Positions 9,543-19,638 of a stretch of DNA of 64,000 bases are shown here, in pieces. Positions within the stretch are counted from its first letter, which is position 1. Each line of letters begins with the position of its first letter. The DNA is from a virus, in IMG/VR virus record IMGVR_UViG_3300036985_002432, positions 1 to 64,000 of that record, one strand, 5' to 3'. The notes under the pieces were generated by a model. The model did no database searches. It was not told where the DNA came from and was given only the letters and a program-made list of their open reading frames with translations. The position numbers and the translations under genes were made by a program.

Positions 9543-10784
9543 ATGAGTGAAGATAATAATGCACAGAATCTTACAACGGTAAGTGAAGTAGATGTAGACT
9601 TAGATGCAATGTTTGGAATGCCAGGTGCAGAAAATGTAATGTTACCAGATGATGGTAAAGAACCTGAAAAACCAAAAACAATGTTTACTAAAGAGATAGT
9701 AGACACCACGTTCCTTGACACACCTGGTAAAGAAGCCCCAAAGGTAACGGCACAGGAAAAAGTAGAAATTAATGAGACTATAGATGAACTTAATGGTTTA
9801 ATCTCTCAAGAAGAAGATGCTGGTAATAAAGGTAGACCAAAGGTTGATAAATCTGGACTATATGAATTAGCACAAAAAATGATTGAGGAGGGTAGTTTAG
9901 TAGGATTTGATGATGATAAAGATCTAGAAGATTATACTACTAAAGATTTTAGAGAGTTGTTTGAAGCTAATTTTCAAGAAAGAGAAAATAAAGTTAGAGA
10001 GAATACTCCAAAAGAATTCTTTAATGCATTACCAGAAGAGTTACAAGTAGCAGCTAAATATGTTGCAGATGGTGGACAAGACCTTAAAGGGTTATTTAGA
10101 TCACTTGCACATGTTGAAGAAATATTTGAATTAGATGCAACAAATGAAGATCACCAAGCAGAAATAGCAAGACAGTATCTTTATGCAACTAACTTTGGTG
10201 ATTCAGATGAAATAGAAGCTGAAATTGAAGATTGGGCAGATATGAATAAGCTTGAACAAAAAGCTAAACAGTTTAAGCCTAAGTTGGATAGAATGCAAGA
10301 AGAGATTATTGCTAGACAACTTGCAGATCAAGAAAATAAAAAACAACAACAAGCTCATCAAGCAAAACAATACATGGATAATGTATATGATGTATTATCA
10401 GTAGGAGAATTAGGTGGTGTAAAACTTGATAAAAAATTACAAAGCATGTTATATACTGGATTAGTACAACCTAACTATCCTTCTATATCAGGAAGACCTA
10501 CTAATATGTTAGGACACCTTTTAGAAAAGTATCAGTTTGTTGAACCAAGACATGATTTAATTGCTGAGGCATTATGGTTACTTGCAGATCCAGTTGGATA
10601 TAAAGCAAAGTTACAAGAACAAGGCGGTAAAGCAGCTACAGAAAAAACTGTAAGAATGCTTAAGACAGAAGAAGCAAGAAAAATATCTTCAACTTCAAAT
10701 GAAGAAGAAGAAAACAAGACTAGAAAAACAGGACAAAGAACCATACCTAGACAACAAGGTGGTAGTATGTTCAGAAGATTTTAA
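9543..10784 (+). CDS. Acidic scaffold-like head assembly protein
   Basis: Very acidic helical protein between portal and major capsid protein, as in the crAss-like capsid module. Confidence 0.6.
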   Translation: MSEDNNAQNLTTVSEVDVDLDAMFGMPGAENVMLPDDGKEPEKPKTMFTKEIVDTTFLDTPGKEAPKVTAQEKVEINETIDELNGLISQEEDAGNKGRPKVDKSGLYELAQKMIEEGSLVGFDDDKDLEDYTTKDFRELFEANFQERENKVRENTPKEFFNALPEELQVAAKYVADGGQDLKGLFRSLAHVEEIFELDATNEDHQAEIARQYLYATNFGDSDEIEAEIEDWADMNKLEQKAKQFKPKLDRMQEEIIARQLADQENKKQQQAHQAKQYMDNVYDVLSVGELGGVKLDKKLQSMLYTGLVQPNYPSISGRPTNMLGHLLEKYQFVEPRHDLIAEALWLLADPVGYKAKLQEQGGKAATEKTVRMLKTEEARKISSTSNEEEENKTRKTGQRTIPRQQGGSMFRRF

Positions 10785-10812
10785 TATAATAATAAACAAA
10801 TAAACAATAAAA

Positions 10813-12429
10813 ATGGCAACTCCAGTTTTAAACAATGGTATATTCCTGCGTGATACAGCTTATGCAGCTTCATCACACGTGGATTCATACCACCTTGTGA
10901 ACATGCTGAAAGATGCTGAGCCGATGGACCTTGGCCCAGTAGACTTATGGGCAATGGCACAGAAAGTAGAAATGCCTCTTTATCAGCTATCTAGCTTTGG
11001 AGGTAAAAACGTTATCAATGTAGATAATGCACGTGGTGAGTACAAATGGCAAACTCCAGTATCAATTGATCTTCCTTACATTATTGAAGACATTGAACCA
11101 GAGAATGACTTTAAAGGTGTTGAAGGTACTACTTTCAAGATCAAACTTAACAAACGTGAGTTTGGACATGGTGATATCATCACTTATGACAAATATAATG
11201 GTGTTGAGATGTACATCACTGCTGATGATATTCTTCCTATTGGAGATGGTTTCATCTATACAGTGCAATTAGTTAACAATGATAACTATAAGTATATTGA
11301 TAACAAGTATTTGGCTAATGGTACTAAAGTATTCCGTAAAGGTTCTGCACGTGGTGAATATGGTGAAAGATTCTCTGACATCATTACTAACACAGGTTTC
11401 CGTGAATTCTACAACTTTGTAGGAGGTGCTGAAGCTCACGTACATTATTCTATCTCATCACGTGCTGACTTGATGATCAAAGGTGGAATGAATGCAGATG
11501 GAACAGTTCCTGTAACTGAAATCTGGAGAACATTTGATAAGAACATTGATCCAGCTATTTCTTCTTTAGAGGACATGGTTAAAACTATGGGTAAAGACAC
11601 AGTTAAAAAAGCATTTGACAATGGTGATTTGTCACGTACTTTCTTGACTAACATGGAAGCAGCTCACTTAACTAAAATTGCTACGGATATTGAGACTTAC
11701 CTTATGTGGGGTCATGGTGGACGTGTACGTCAAGATGGACCAGATGATGTTAGATTGTCTGTAGGTCTTTGGAAGCAATTGGATAACTCTTACAAAAGAG
11801 TATACAATAAGAATAACTTTACATTGGATTTATTCCGTGGAGAGATTTATAACTTCTTTAATGGTAAAGTTGAATTCCAAGGTCCAGATCCTAAACGTTC
11901 TCTAGTAGTTCAAACAGGTATGGGTGGAATGAGAATGGTAAATGAAGCTATTAAACGTGAGGCAATGTCTTCAGGTTTATTAATTCAAGCTGCTGATATT
12001 GGTGCAATCACTGGTAAAGGAATGGACTTGAATTTTGGATTTGCTTACACTTCTTATGTTATTCCTTTCTTGGCTAATGTTAAGTTTGTATTGAATCCAG
12101 CATTTGATAACATTCACACAAATGATATTGAAAACCCAATCATTGATGGTTTCCCATTATCATCTTATTCATTCATTATCTTTGATATCACTGATAATAC
12201 AAATGATAATATCTATATGTTGAAATTATCTTGGGATAACCAATTGAAGTGGTGGTATCAAAATGGTACTATGGACTACATGGGACGTACTCAAGGATTC
12301 CAATCATCTGGACAATTCAACGGATACCGTGTAATGATGTCTCAAACAATGCCTGCTATTTGGGTTAAAGATCCAACTAAAGTATTGAAAATTGTTATGA
12401 GAAATCCAGTTACAGGTGGATCATTCTAA
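10813..12429 (+). CDS. Major capsid protein
   Basis: 538 aa; high-expression codon bias (CGT, TTC, AAC); follows the scaffold-like gene; followed by a strong terminator. Confidence 0.85.
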   Translation: MATPVLNNGIFLRDTAYAASSHVDSYHLVNMLKDAEPMDLGPVDLWAMAQKVEMPLYQLSSFGGKNVINVDNARGEYKWQTPVSIDLPYIIEDIEPENDFKGVEGTTFKIKLNKREFGHGDIITYDKYNGVEMYITADDILPIGDGFIYTVQLVNNDNYKYIDNKYLANGTKVFRKGSARGEYGERFSDIITNTGFREFYNFVGGAEAHVHYSISSRADLMIKGGMNADGTVPVTEIWRTFDKNIDPAISSLEDMVKTMGKDTVKKAFDNGDLSRTFLTNMEAAHLTKIATDIETYLMWGHGGRVRQDGPDDVRLSVGLWKQLDNSYKRVYNKNNFTLDLFRGEIYNFFNGKVEFQGPDPKRSLVVQTGMGGMRMVNEAIKREAMSSGLLIQAADIGAITGKGMDLNFGFAYTSYVIPFLANVKFVLNPAFDNIHTNDIENPIIDGFPLSSYSFIIFDITDNTNDNIYMLKLSWDNQLKWWYQNGTMDYMGRTQGFQSSGQFNGYRVMMSQTMPAIWVKDPTKVLKIVMRNPVTGGSF

Positions 12430-12442
12430 TATGTCAAACTAA

Positions 12443-12476
12443 GTGAGGGGGGTAGCAATACCCTTCTCATTTTTTT
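12443..12476 (+). terminator. Intrinsic terminator after the major capsid gene
   Basis: GTGAGGGGGGTA-GCAA-TACCCTTCTCAT stem with a GNRA loop, then a T run. Confidence 0.9.
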
Positions 12477-12509
12477 ATTTTTTAAAAACCAATAATTAAA
12501 ACCAACAAA

Positions 12510-13523
12510 ATGAGTTACACACACATTGAAATGACAAAAACAAATAAGTCAAGTGCAATTAGCATTAAACCTTATTTTGATAATTCAGCATCTAACATGG
12601 GACTAGAATCATATGGTCTATGTTTATTTGACGGAGTTAAACACCATGAACAACTAGGATGTACTGAAAGAAACGGAGTAGTACAATACCTAACAGGATT
12701 AAATGAATTTGCACCTGAGATTAAATTGTTAAAAGATCCAGAAGTAAAGGCAGCAAAGATTAAAGAAATTAGAGTAGCAGTTGCTGAGTTAGAAACAGAA
12801 TTAGCAGCTAATGTTTTAGATATTGAAGACCCATTGTTTTGGAATAATGTAGTTTTACTTAAACCGGATAATGCAGAATTTTGGAATAAGATACATATAT
12901 CATGTGGTAATGATCCAGTATTCTTAGACCCTACTGATCCATTTGACAGAATTAAACTTTATGCAATTGAAAATGGAGGCTTCTCTATAGTTGCTAGAAG
13001 TTATGATGATGCAAGATCAAAAGCTGTACCACCTAAATTTTATTTAGATAAAGTTGAGGAAACAGTTACTATTAAAACTGAATACAAAAAACTTAGAAAT
13101 AAGGCACTTGCCGAATTACAAAAATTGTATGACAAGAATAGTGTTAAACTATTTTATATTGCAAAAGCAGTGGATACAACAAGTGTACAATATAAAAAAA
13201 CAACACCTAATGATGTTATCTATGACAACATGGATAGACATATTAATGGTGAAGGTACTGAAGGAAATAAGGAAAGAGCTGCAAAAGGTTTCTTAGAAGC
13301 TGCACAATTGGATATGGAAACATTAAAAATTAAAGCAATTGTAAAAGATTCCGTATTTTTTAAGTATATTATTAATAAGGCAGATGGACATATTTATCAT
13401 GCTGCAACAAGTACGTTGTTAGGTAGAAATGTTTCTGATGTTATTGAGTTTCTCAAGAACCCAATGAATGAGGATATATTAAAAGATATGAATCAGAAAA
13501 TTGAGAAGCTGTGGAATATGTAA
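12510..13523 (+). CDS. Capsid-module protein of unknown function
   Basis: 337-aa ORF directly after the major capsid gene, matching crAss-like synteny. Confidence 0.65.
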   Translation: MSYTHIEMTKTNKSSAISIKPYFDNSASNMGLESYGLCLFDGVKHHEQLGCTERNGVVQYLTGLNEFAPEIKLLKDPEVKAAKIKEIRVAVAELETELAANVLDIEDPLFWNNVVLLKPDNAEFWNKIHISCGNDPVFLDPTDPFDRIKLYAIENGGFSIVARSYDDARSKAVPPKFYLDKVEETVTIKTEYKKLRNKALAELQKLYDKNSVKLFYIAKAVDTTSVQYKKTTPNDVIYDNMDRHINGEGTEGNKERAAKGFLEAAQLDMETLKIKAIVKDSVFFKYIINKADGHIYHAATSTLLGRNVSDVIEFLKNPMNEDILKDMNQKIEKLWNM

Positions 13524-13544
13524 CTATATATAAAATAAAATAAA

Positions 13545-14411
13545 ATGGCAACACCAAGTATTAAACGCAAAACTGTAGTAACTGATCCTGAAGGAAATAA
13601 GATAACTACTAAAACTAGAAAAACTAATTTATTTGGACAAAAAGGTTCATCTAAAACAATTATAAAATATACTGATCCTGTATCTTCTGGTAAAAAAAGA
13701 GATGTTAAGTATACAGATGCACCAGTACCAAGTGATGAAGAATTAGGTATAAAGAAAAAAGGTGGTGTTACTAAAATGAAAACAAAAAAGTATGCAAATG
13801 GTGGACCTAAATTATCTAAATATCAAAAAAAGGGTGAAGTAACTCCTTTTCAAAATTATATGAACGTTCCAGGAGCTATGGCTAGTGATACATCAGATGT
13901 ATTTGCTGGATCACGTGATGGTTCAAATCCCCCTCTTGACAAAGCTTATTATGAAACATATTATGCTGGTCAAAAAGATAAAAGAAGAGTTGGAAATGAC
14001 AAAATAAAGTATGATGCTAATGGTAAACGTATTTATAAAACTGGTGGTATGGTAAATGCTAATGCTAAGATTGCTGCTGCTAAAAAAGCAACTGGTAGAT
14101 CAGGTGGCACTACTAAAGCAATTTCTAAAGTTGTTGTTAAATCTACTTCTCCTAAAGGAAGAGTAGGTGGTACATCAACTGCTCCTAAAAAAGCTTTACC
14201 AAAAGCACAAATGGGTGCAATTGTTAATGGACCTAAATCACCAGGTGGTAAGCCAAAAGCAGGAGGAGCAATTTTAAAAAAAACAGATCCTACATTAGGA
14301 GGTAGAATACCTAAGTCTTTTATAGGAAAAGGTACACCAAAAGCTGGGGGTTTAATTTTAAAAAATATGTCAAAATCTAAGATGGGTGGAATGAAAGGTA
14401 AATCTTGCTAA
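13545..14411 (+). CDS. Lys/Gly-rich basic protein, putative internal head protein
   Basis: Very basic, low complexity; several xxGG motifs and LPKAQMG. Confidence 0.65.
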   Translation: MATPSIKRKTVVTDPEGNKITTKTRKTNLFGQKGSSKTIIKYTDPVSSGKKRDVKYTDAPVPSDEELGIKKKGGVTKMKTKKYANGGPKLSKYQKKGEVTPFQNYMNVPGAMASDTSDVFAGSRDGSNPPLDKAYYETYYAGQKDKRRVGNDKIKYDANGKRIYKTGGMVNANAKIAAAKKATGRSGGTTKAISKVVVKSTSPKGRVGGTSTAPKKALPKAQMGAIVNGPKSPGGKPKAGGAILKKTDPTLGGRIPKSFIGKGTPKAGGLILKNMSKSKMGGMKGKSC

Positions 14412-14842
14412 TGGCAAAGACTGGCTTATATAGTAATATACATGCTAAAAGAAAAAGGATAGCATCATGTTCCGGAGAGAGAATGAAAACTCCCGGAACT
14501 AAAGGTGCTCCTACTAATAAAGATTTTATAAAGTCTGCAAAGACTGCTAAAATGAAATCAGGAGGATCAACTCCAGCTTGGACAAGATCAGAAGGAAAAA
14601 ATCCTACAGGAGGATTAAATGCTAAAGGTGTTGCATCTTATAGAGCAGCTAACCCCGGTAGTAAATTAAAAACTGCTGTAACAACTAAACCTTCAAAACT
14701 TAAAGCAGGTAGCACTGCTGCTAATAGAAGAAAATCTTTTTGTGCCAGAATGTCTGGCATGAAGAAAGTAAATACAAGTGCAAAGACTGCTAATGATCCT
14801 AACTCAAGGATTAATAAGTCTTTGAGAAAATGGAACTGTTAA
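14411..14842 (+). CDS. Basic two-module protein with a DUF6321-like C-terminal module
   Basis: TAATG coupling gives start 14411; AWTRSEGKNPTGGLNAKG...RRKSFCARM...SLRKWNC module joined through MKSGG to a GLYSNIHAKRKR module. Confidence 0.7.
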   Translation: MAKTGLYSNIHAKRKRIASCSGERMKTPGTKGAPTNKDFIKSAKTAKMKSGGSTPAWTRSEGKNPTGGLNAKGVASYRAANPGSKLKTAVTTKPSKLKAGSTAANRRKSFCARMSGMKKVNTSAKTANDPNSRINKSLRKWNC

Positions 14843-14853
14843 AATAATATATA

Positions 14854-15243
14854 ATGGCAAAGAAACTAGGATGTGCTTCTTGTGGAGGTACAAAAAAAAT
14901 GGCTAATGGTGGACCTATAAATAAACCAATGACATATGCACCACGTCAAAAAGGTGATACAAACCAACATATGGGAATATTTGGTGCACCTCAAATTGGT
15001 CAAGGAGCAATGGATGGTAAGACAGGTCAAATGAAAAAAGGTGGAGTTACTGTCAGTAGAGCAGTACAAGCATCTTGTAAAAATGGTTATGTTAGATCTG
15101 CTGATGGAGGTTGTGTAAAAGCAAGACCTATTCAATTTCAAACAGGTGGAATATTTTCTCCTGCAAAAAGAGTAGAAAGAAAAGTTAATAGAGCTATTAA
15201 AAAAAGTGTTAAAAACTCAGGTAAAATTATTAAGAATGCATAA
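14854..15243 (+). CDS. Small basic protein with xxGG motifs
   Basis: MANGG, MKKGG, FQTGG; Lys-rich. Confidence 0.65.
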   Translation: MAKKLGCASCGGTKKMANGGPINKPMTYAPRQKGDTNQHMGIFGAPQIGQGAMDGKTGQMKKGGVTVSRAVQASCKNGYVRSADGGCVKARPIQFQTGGIFSPAKRVERKVNRAIKKSVKNSGKIIKNA

Positions 15244-15388
15244 GCCAAAAAAAGGTATGATTAAAGCTGTAATTAAAGGTGCATTTAAATCACTTAAACC
15301 AAAAAGTAAAGATGCTCGTGAAGCATATAGAGAAACAAAGGCTTATGAAAAGTCTATAAGAAAAGAGTTTAAACAAAAAAAAATATAG
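15236..15388 (+). CDS. Small Lys-rich protein
   Basis: ATG at 15236 overlaps the upstream gene end; fills the gap to the next gene. Confidence 0.55.
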   Translation: MHKPKKGMIKAVIKGAFKSLKPKSKDAREAYRETKAYEKSIRKEFKQKKI

Positions 15389-15390
15389 TC

Positions 15391-16245
15391 ATGGCAAATC
15401 CAATTACAATAATAAAAAATTTATCAGCTGGTTATGATGCCGGTAAAAAACTTAATGCTGCAGCTAAAATTAAAAAAGCTAAAGATGCAACTGAAGCTGC
15501 ACTTAAGGCTAAACAAAAAGCTGAAGAAGTTATAAGACTTGCTAAAATTGCAAAAGAAGCTAAAAGAGTTGCTGGTTTAGAAAAGAAAGCAGCAACATTA
15601 AAAACTCTTAAAGTTGCTGCAGGTACAGGTATAGCAGGTGTTGCAGCCGGAGCTTATATGAATAGTAAATATAATGCTAGTAGCGCAGCTAAAAAAATTG
15701 CAGAAGGTAAGAGACTTAAAGCTGCTGGAGCTGCAATGAAAATTAAAGGTACTACACAAAAAAATAAAGGTATTGCAATGAAACTTGCGGGGCGTGAAAT
15801 GAAAATGGGTGGTGCAACTAAAACATTACCTAAAGCACAAGTTGGTAACTTTGTTGATTCACCAAAAAAACCTGCAACTAAAACATATAAGATTGGTGAT
15901 CCTACACCATCTGGAAGATTTGTAAAAACTCCACAAGATGTTGAAAGACTTAACAAAATGGAAAGATTAAATTCATATAGAAGGCCTGTTGATAAATATA
16001 ATAAACCTGTAGTTAAACCAATACCAATACAAAAAGTTGGTGGAGTAACTAAAGCATTACCTAAAGCACAACTTGGTACAATTATAAACGGTATATCACG
16101 GTTAAAAAAAATATACAATGTGTATACTACAGGTATACAATCTTCAAAATTAGGTAAATTACCTGCTGCTAAAAAAGTTAAAAAAAGTGGTGTAACAAAA
16201 GTAATGTCAAAATCATTTAATGCCATTAAAAACAAAAAGAAATAA
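15391..16245 (+). CDS. Lys/Ala-rich basic protein with two LPKAQxG linkers
   Basis: Histone-like composition; short hydrophobic AAGTGIAGVAAG segment. Confidence 0.7.
   Translation: MANPITIIKNLSAGYDAGKKLNAAAKIKKAKDATEAALKAKQKAEEVIRLAKIAKEAKRVAGLEKKAATLKTLKVAAGTGIAGVAAGAYMNSKYNASSAAKKIAEGKRLKAAGAAMKIKGTTQKNKGIAMKLAGREMKMGGATKTLPKAQVGNFVDSPKKPATKTYKIGDPTPSGRFVKTPQDVERLNKMERLNSYRRPVDKYNKPVVKPIPIQKVGGVTKALPKAQLGTIINGISRLKKIYNVYTTGIQSSKLGKLPAAKKVKKSGVTKVMSKSFNAIKNKKK
15808..16078 (+). repeat. Imperfect ~40-bp direct repeat (15808-15847 and 16039-16078)
   Basis: ggtggtgcaactaaaacattacctaaagcacaagttggta versus ggtggagtaactaaagcattacctaaagcacaacttggta. Confidence 0.85.
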
Positions 16246-16248
16246 AAC

Positions 16249-16953
16249 ATGCAAAACAGTGTACTTACTATAAAGATTAAACAACGTCTAAATAAATTAG
16301 ATAGTCAAGACTATGACAACATTGAATGTTGGCAAGTTGTGGAGTCTTTTAACAAAGCTCAAGTTGAGTGGACTAGAAGACAACTTCATGGTATTAATAT
16401 TGTTAAAGAAGGTGATGAGCAATCTACTAGAAGAATAGATGACTTACAAGTCTTATTAAATAAAGCTCTATTAGGTTTAGATAAATATGATAATATGTTT
16501 ACTGCTGCTGAATTACCAGGAGATTACCTACAATGGAAAAGAGTAGATGCCTTTGCTAACTCTGATTGCTGTGATATTAATAGAAGAATGGTTGTATACT
16601 TAGCAGAAGAAGCTAATGTAAATAACTTACTTAGAGATGTAGCTAAAAGACCAAGTTTTGAATGGGGTGAAACTTTTGCTACTCTTATAAATAATAAACT
16701 TAATGTATATACAGATAATACATTTACTATAAATAATGCTAACTTAGTTTACTATAGACAACCAGTTAAAATTCAAATTCAAAACTGTGTAGATCCATAT
16801 ACAGGAGTTGCATCAACTGTTAATGTTCAATGTGAGTTTAAAGATGACATCATTGAAGTTATAATAGATGAAGCAGCAAGTATACTAGCAGGTGATATTG
16901 AATCAGGTAACCAGTTCTCTAGAGGTACAGAAACAGCAGAACGTAATAATTAA
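16249..16953 (+). CDS. Putative head-tail ring/adaptor protein
   Basis: FNKAQ near the N-terminus and YYRQP...EVIIDEAASI C-terminus resemble crAss-like ring proteins; synteny. Confidence 0.6.
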   Translation: MQNSVLTIKIKQRLNKLDSQDYDNIECWQVVESFNKAQVEWTRRQLHGINIVKEGDEQSTRRIDDLQVLLNKALLGLDKYDNMFTAAELPGDYLQWKRVDAFANSDCCDINRRMVVYLAEEANVNNLLRDVAKRPSFEWGETFATLINNKLNVYTDNTFTINNANLVYYRQPVKIQIQNCVDPYTGVASTVNVQCEFKDDIIEVIIDEAASILAGDIESGNQFSRGTETAERNN

Positions 16954-16958
16954 AAATA

Positions 16959-17411
16959 ATGGAAAAAGCAAGAATGTTAAAAAGAACAGCAACTCCAAGT
17001 GCATCATATTCAAGTGCACCAGCAGGTGCAAATTGTGATACAATGACAGCAGCATGTGCAACAGAATTAATGAATGCTGCATCTAGTTTTCATAAACTTC
17101 ACTTAAAGGTTAAAGGATCAGGATCATTTGCTGCACACAAAGCACTTAATGAATTGTATGATGCTTTACCAGATCACGCAGATACTTTAATAGAAGGGTA
17201 TCAAGGAGCTGCTGAAAAGATTTTAGATTACTCTGAAGTATCTCCAAAAGTATTAAATACAGTTGAAGAAGCAATTGGATACTTAAGAGAAATGTATCAA
17301 ATGGTTAATAATCTTCAATCAAAAATGCCATATTCTGAAATTATAAATTCTTTAGATACTTTAAAGGATTCTATTAATTCAGCTAAATACAAACTTTTGT
17401 TCTTAAAATAA
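16959..17411 (+). CDS. Ferritin/Dps-like four-helix bundle protein (DUF5856-like)
   Basis: HKLHL...FAAHKALNELYD...DTLIEGYQG resembles Dps ferroxidase-centre residues. Confidence 0.75.
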   Translation: MEKARMLKRTATPSASYSSAPAGANCDTMTAACATELMNAASSFHKLHLKVKGSGSFAAHKALNELYDALPDHADTLIEGYQGAAEKILDYSEVSPKVLNTVEEAIGYLREMYQMVNNLQSKMPYSEIINSLDTLKDSINSAKYKLLFLK

Positions 17412-17472
17412 TTTGATTAGTCAGATTATTTTATTATATTAATTATATATTTATAAATTAAAACTTAAAAAA

Positions 17473-19005
17473 ATGAGTTATTTTAATCATGCCTTCCAGA
17501 AGACCTTTGTTGGTACTAATGGATTTACAGGATTGGCAGAAGGAAAATTAGGTACTCCAGGAAATATTCTTGGTGGTGGTCAATTTGCTTTTGTTGATGC
17601 TAAAACTTGGACTGTTCTTGCAACTGATGCAGACCCAGGATGTTGTAACCTTGTACTAGCTGCAGGTTCTATTTATGCTAATGACAAGATTGGTCCTTTC
17701 CATGGTGGTTATTTAGAGTCTAACAAATCTAAGGAAATCAATCCTAAGTATGTTAACCGTTTCTACCGTGTTGATCCATGTGCTCCTTCAGCTAATGTTA
17801 TCCATGTTGGTAAAACTCCATACACAGATGACCGTGCTTTATCTTTAGCTATTACTAATGCTGGTGCAAATATTGAAGATGGTGTTTATACTGATATTCC
17901 ATTAACTGATACTACAGCTCCAACAGGATCTGGACTTATTGCTACTATTACAGTAGTAGGTGGTGTTGTTACTTTTGTAGAAATTACAAATGGTGGTACA
18001 GGATGGGTAACAGGTGATGTTGTTACTACAGTAGATGAATTACTTCCAAGTGATGGTGGTGTAGTTACAAATCCTACATTTACAGTTACTGCAGGTGTTG
18101 GTGCTGATTGCTGTATTCCTTTTTATTGTGGTGAGACTTACTCTTTACGTTTAGATGTTAAAGGTTCTCCAGCTCTACGTTATTTAAATCACAATGCATA
18201 CTTAATTGCTGATGCTTACACAGGATGTTGCCCAACTGGGTCAATCACTCCAACAGAAGTTGATTCAACTTTAGTATATATTAACTGGGCTAATGCAATT
18301 GTTAGATCCCCATTAATTAATCCATTCATCTTACCAGTTGTTATTGATGAGTCAGGTGTTGCTTGGTATGCTCCAGGAACAGATGCTGCTTTCTTAGCTA
18401 ACTTTGGTGTTGATACTTGGGATCATTATGTATCCGCAGGACACGTAGATGGTGATTGTGGTGGTATGGTACTTAACGGTGCTTATGTAGATACTAAATT
18501 TGGTGATTGTACATTCCAAATTTCTGATTTCTATGAAAAAGAACCAGTTAGACTTTATGCATCTTTAGTTGACTTAAATGGTGATCCATGTGAGTTTGAA
18601 AGTTTATGTGTAATTACAGAGTGTGCTGGTCAACAAGCAATGGGTCTTGGTGAATCAGTAGCACGTGATGTAATTTTATCAGAAGCTTACCGTCAAAACT
18701 TCTTTGCAACAGACTTAAGAATACGTGAGATTACTCAAGGTACTTCAGTTTGGAATTATATTAACCGTTCTGCATTGTATACAAGATATTATATCCAACA
18801 CAATGTACCACGTTTTAATAATCCTTCATCTACATTTGATAATGACCAATACTTGTTAGAAGTTATTACTAATGGACAAGTTGCTGTTTTTGAAACTTTT
18901 GTAACAAGATGGTTAGCTGATTGTTCTCAATGTTCAGGATTGGATATTGTTAAATGTACAGGACCATGTGTATCAATTGTTCCTAATGTTAATACTTGGG
19001 ATTAA
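17473..19005 (+). CDS. Abundant virion structural protein (auxiliary capsid-like)
   Basis: High-expression codon usage; own promoter-like motif and terminator; internal beta-rich ITNGGTGW module. Confidence 0.6.
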   Translation: MSYFNHAFQKTFVGTNGFTGLAEGKLGTPGNILGGGQFAFVDAKTWTVLATDADPGCCNLVLAAGSIYANDKIGPFHGGYLESNKSKEINPKYVNRFYRVDPCAPSANVIHVGKTPYTDDRALSLAITNAGANIEDGVYTDIPLTDTTAPTGSGLIATITVVGGVVTFVEITNGGTGWVTGDVVTTVDELLPSDGGVVTNPTFTVTAGVGADCCIPFYCGETYSLRLDVKGSPALRYLNHNAYLIADAYTGCCPTGSITPTEVDSTLVYINWANAIVRSPLINPFILPVVIDESGVAWYAPGTDAAFLANFGVDTWDHYVSAGHVDGDCGGMVLNGAYVDTKFGDCTFQISDFYEKEPVRLYASLVDLNGDPCEFESLCVITECAGQQAMGLGESVARDVILSEAYRQNFFATDLRIREITQGTSVWNYINRSALYTRYYIQHNVPRFNNPSSTFDNDQYLLEVITNGQVAVFETFVTRWLADCSQCSGLDIVKCTGPCVSIVPNVNTWD

Positions 19006-19025
19006 TATTCAATAATTATTAAACT

Positions 19026-19064
19026 AAAAAGGGGAGAGAGTTTCATACTCCTTCCCTTTTTTTT
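19026..19064 (+). terminator. Intrinsic terminator
   Basis: AAAAAGGGGAGAGAG...CTCCTTCCCTTTTTTTT. Confidence 0.85.
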
Positions 19065-19076
19065 ATTAAACTCACC

Positions 19077-19619
19077 ATGGCAAATCACGTATTAAGTTTA
19101 GAAGTACCTACAGTAATGAATGCATGTATCTTAAGGATTGTAGATACAAGTATATACTCATCTATTGTACCATTAACATGTGCTACATTAAATGTTACTG
19201 TTCCTGGTTTTTCATATTCAACTCAAATTGATGTGACTTCAGGATTTACTGAAACATTAACTGCATGTGATTTACAGTTACAAACAACAAATTGTGGTAC
19301 ACAGTATTCAGATATTCCGGATGGAGTTTATATCATTAAATATAGTGTGTCTCCAAATGATTTAGTATATGTAGAATATAATCATTTAAGAATTACTAAA
19401 GCATTGATTAAGTATAATCAATTACTATGCAATGTTGATATTGCAGCTTGTGATCCACCAGCTAAAATCAAACAAAGATTACAGGAGCTTAGATTGATAC
19501 GTATGTATCTTGAAGCTGCTAAAGCTAAAGTAGAATTTTGTCTTGAACCAGATAAAGGTATGACATTATATAACTATGCTTTAAAATTAATGAATAAATT
19601 AGATTGTAGAAATTGTTAA
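19077..19619 (+). CDS. Putative tail/fibre-associated structural protein
   Basis: IPDGVYIIKYSV strand pattern followed by a helical Cys-containing C-terminus; structural module. Confidence 0.55.
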   Translation: MANHVLSLEVPTVMNACILRIVDTSIYSSIVPLTCATLNVTVPGFSYSTQIDVTSGFTETLTACDLQLQTTNCGTQYSDIPDGVYIIKYSVSPNDLVYVEYNHLRITKALIKYNQLLCNVDIAACDPPAKIKQRLQELRLIRMYLEAAKAKVEFCLEPDKGMTLYNYALKLMNKLDCRNC

Positions 19620-19638
19620 CCATAAAAAACCAACAGAT

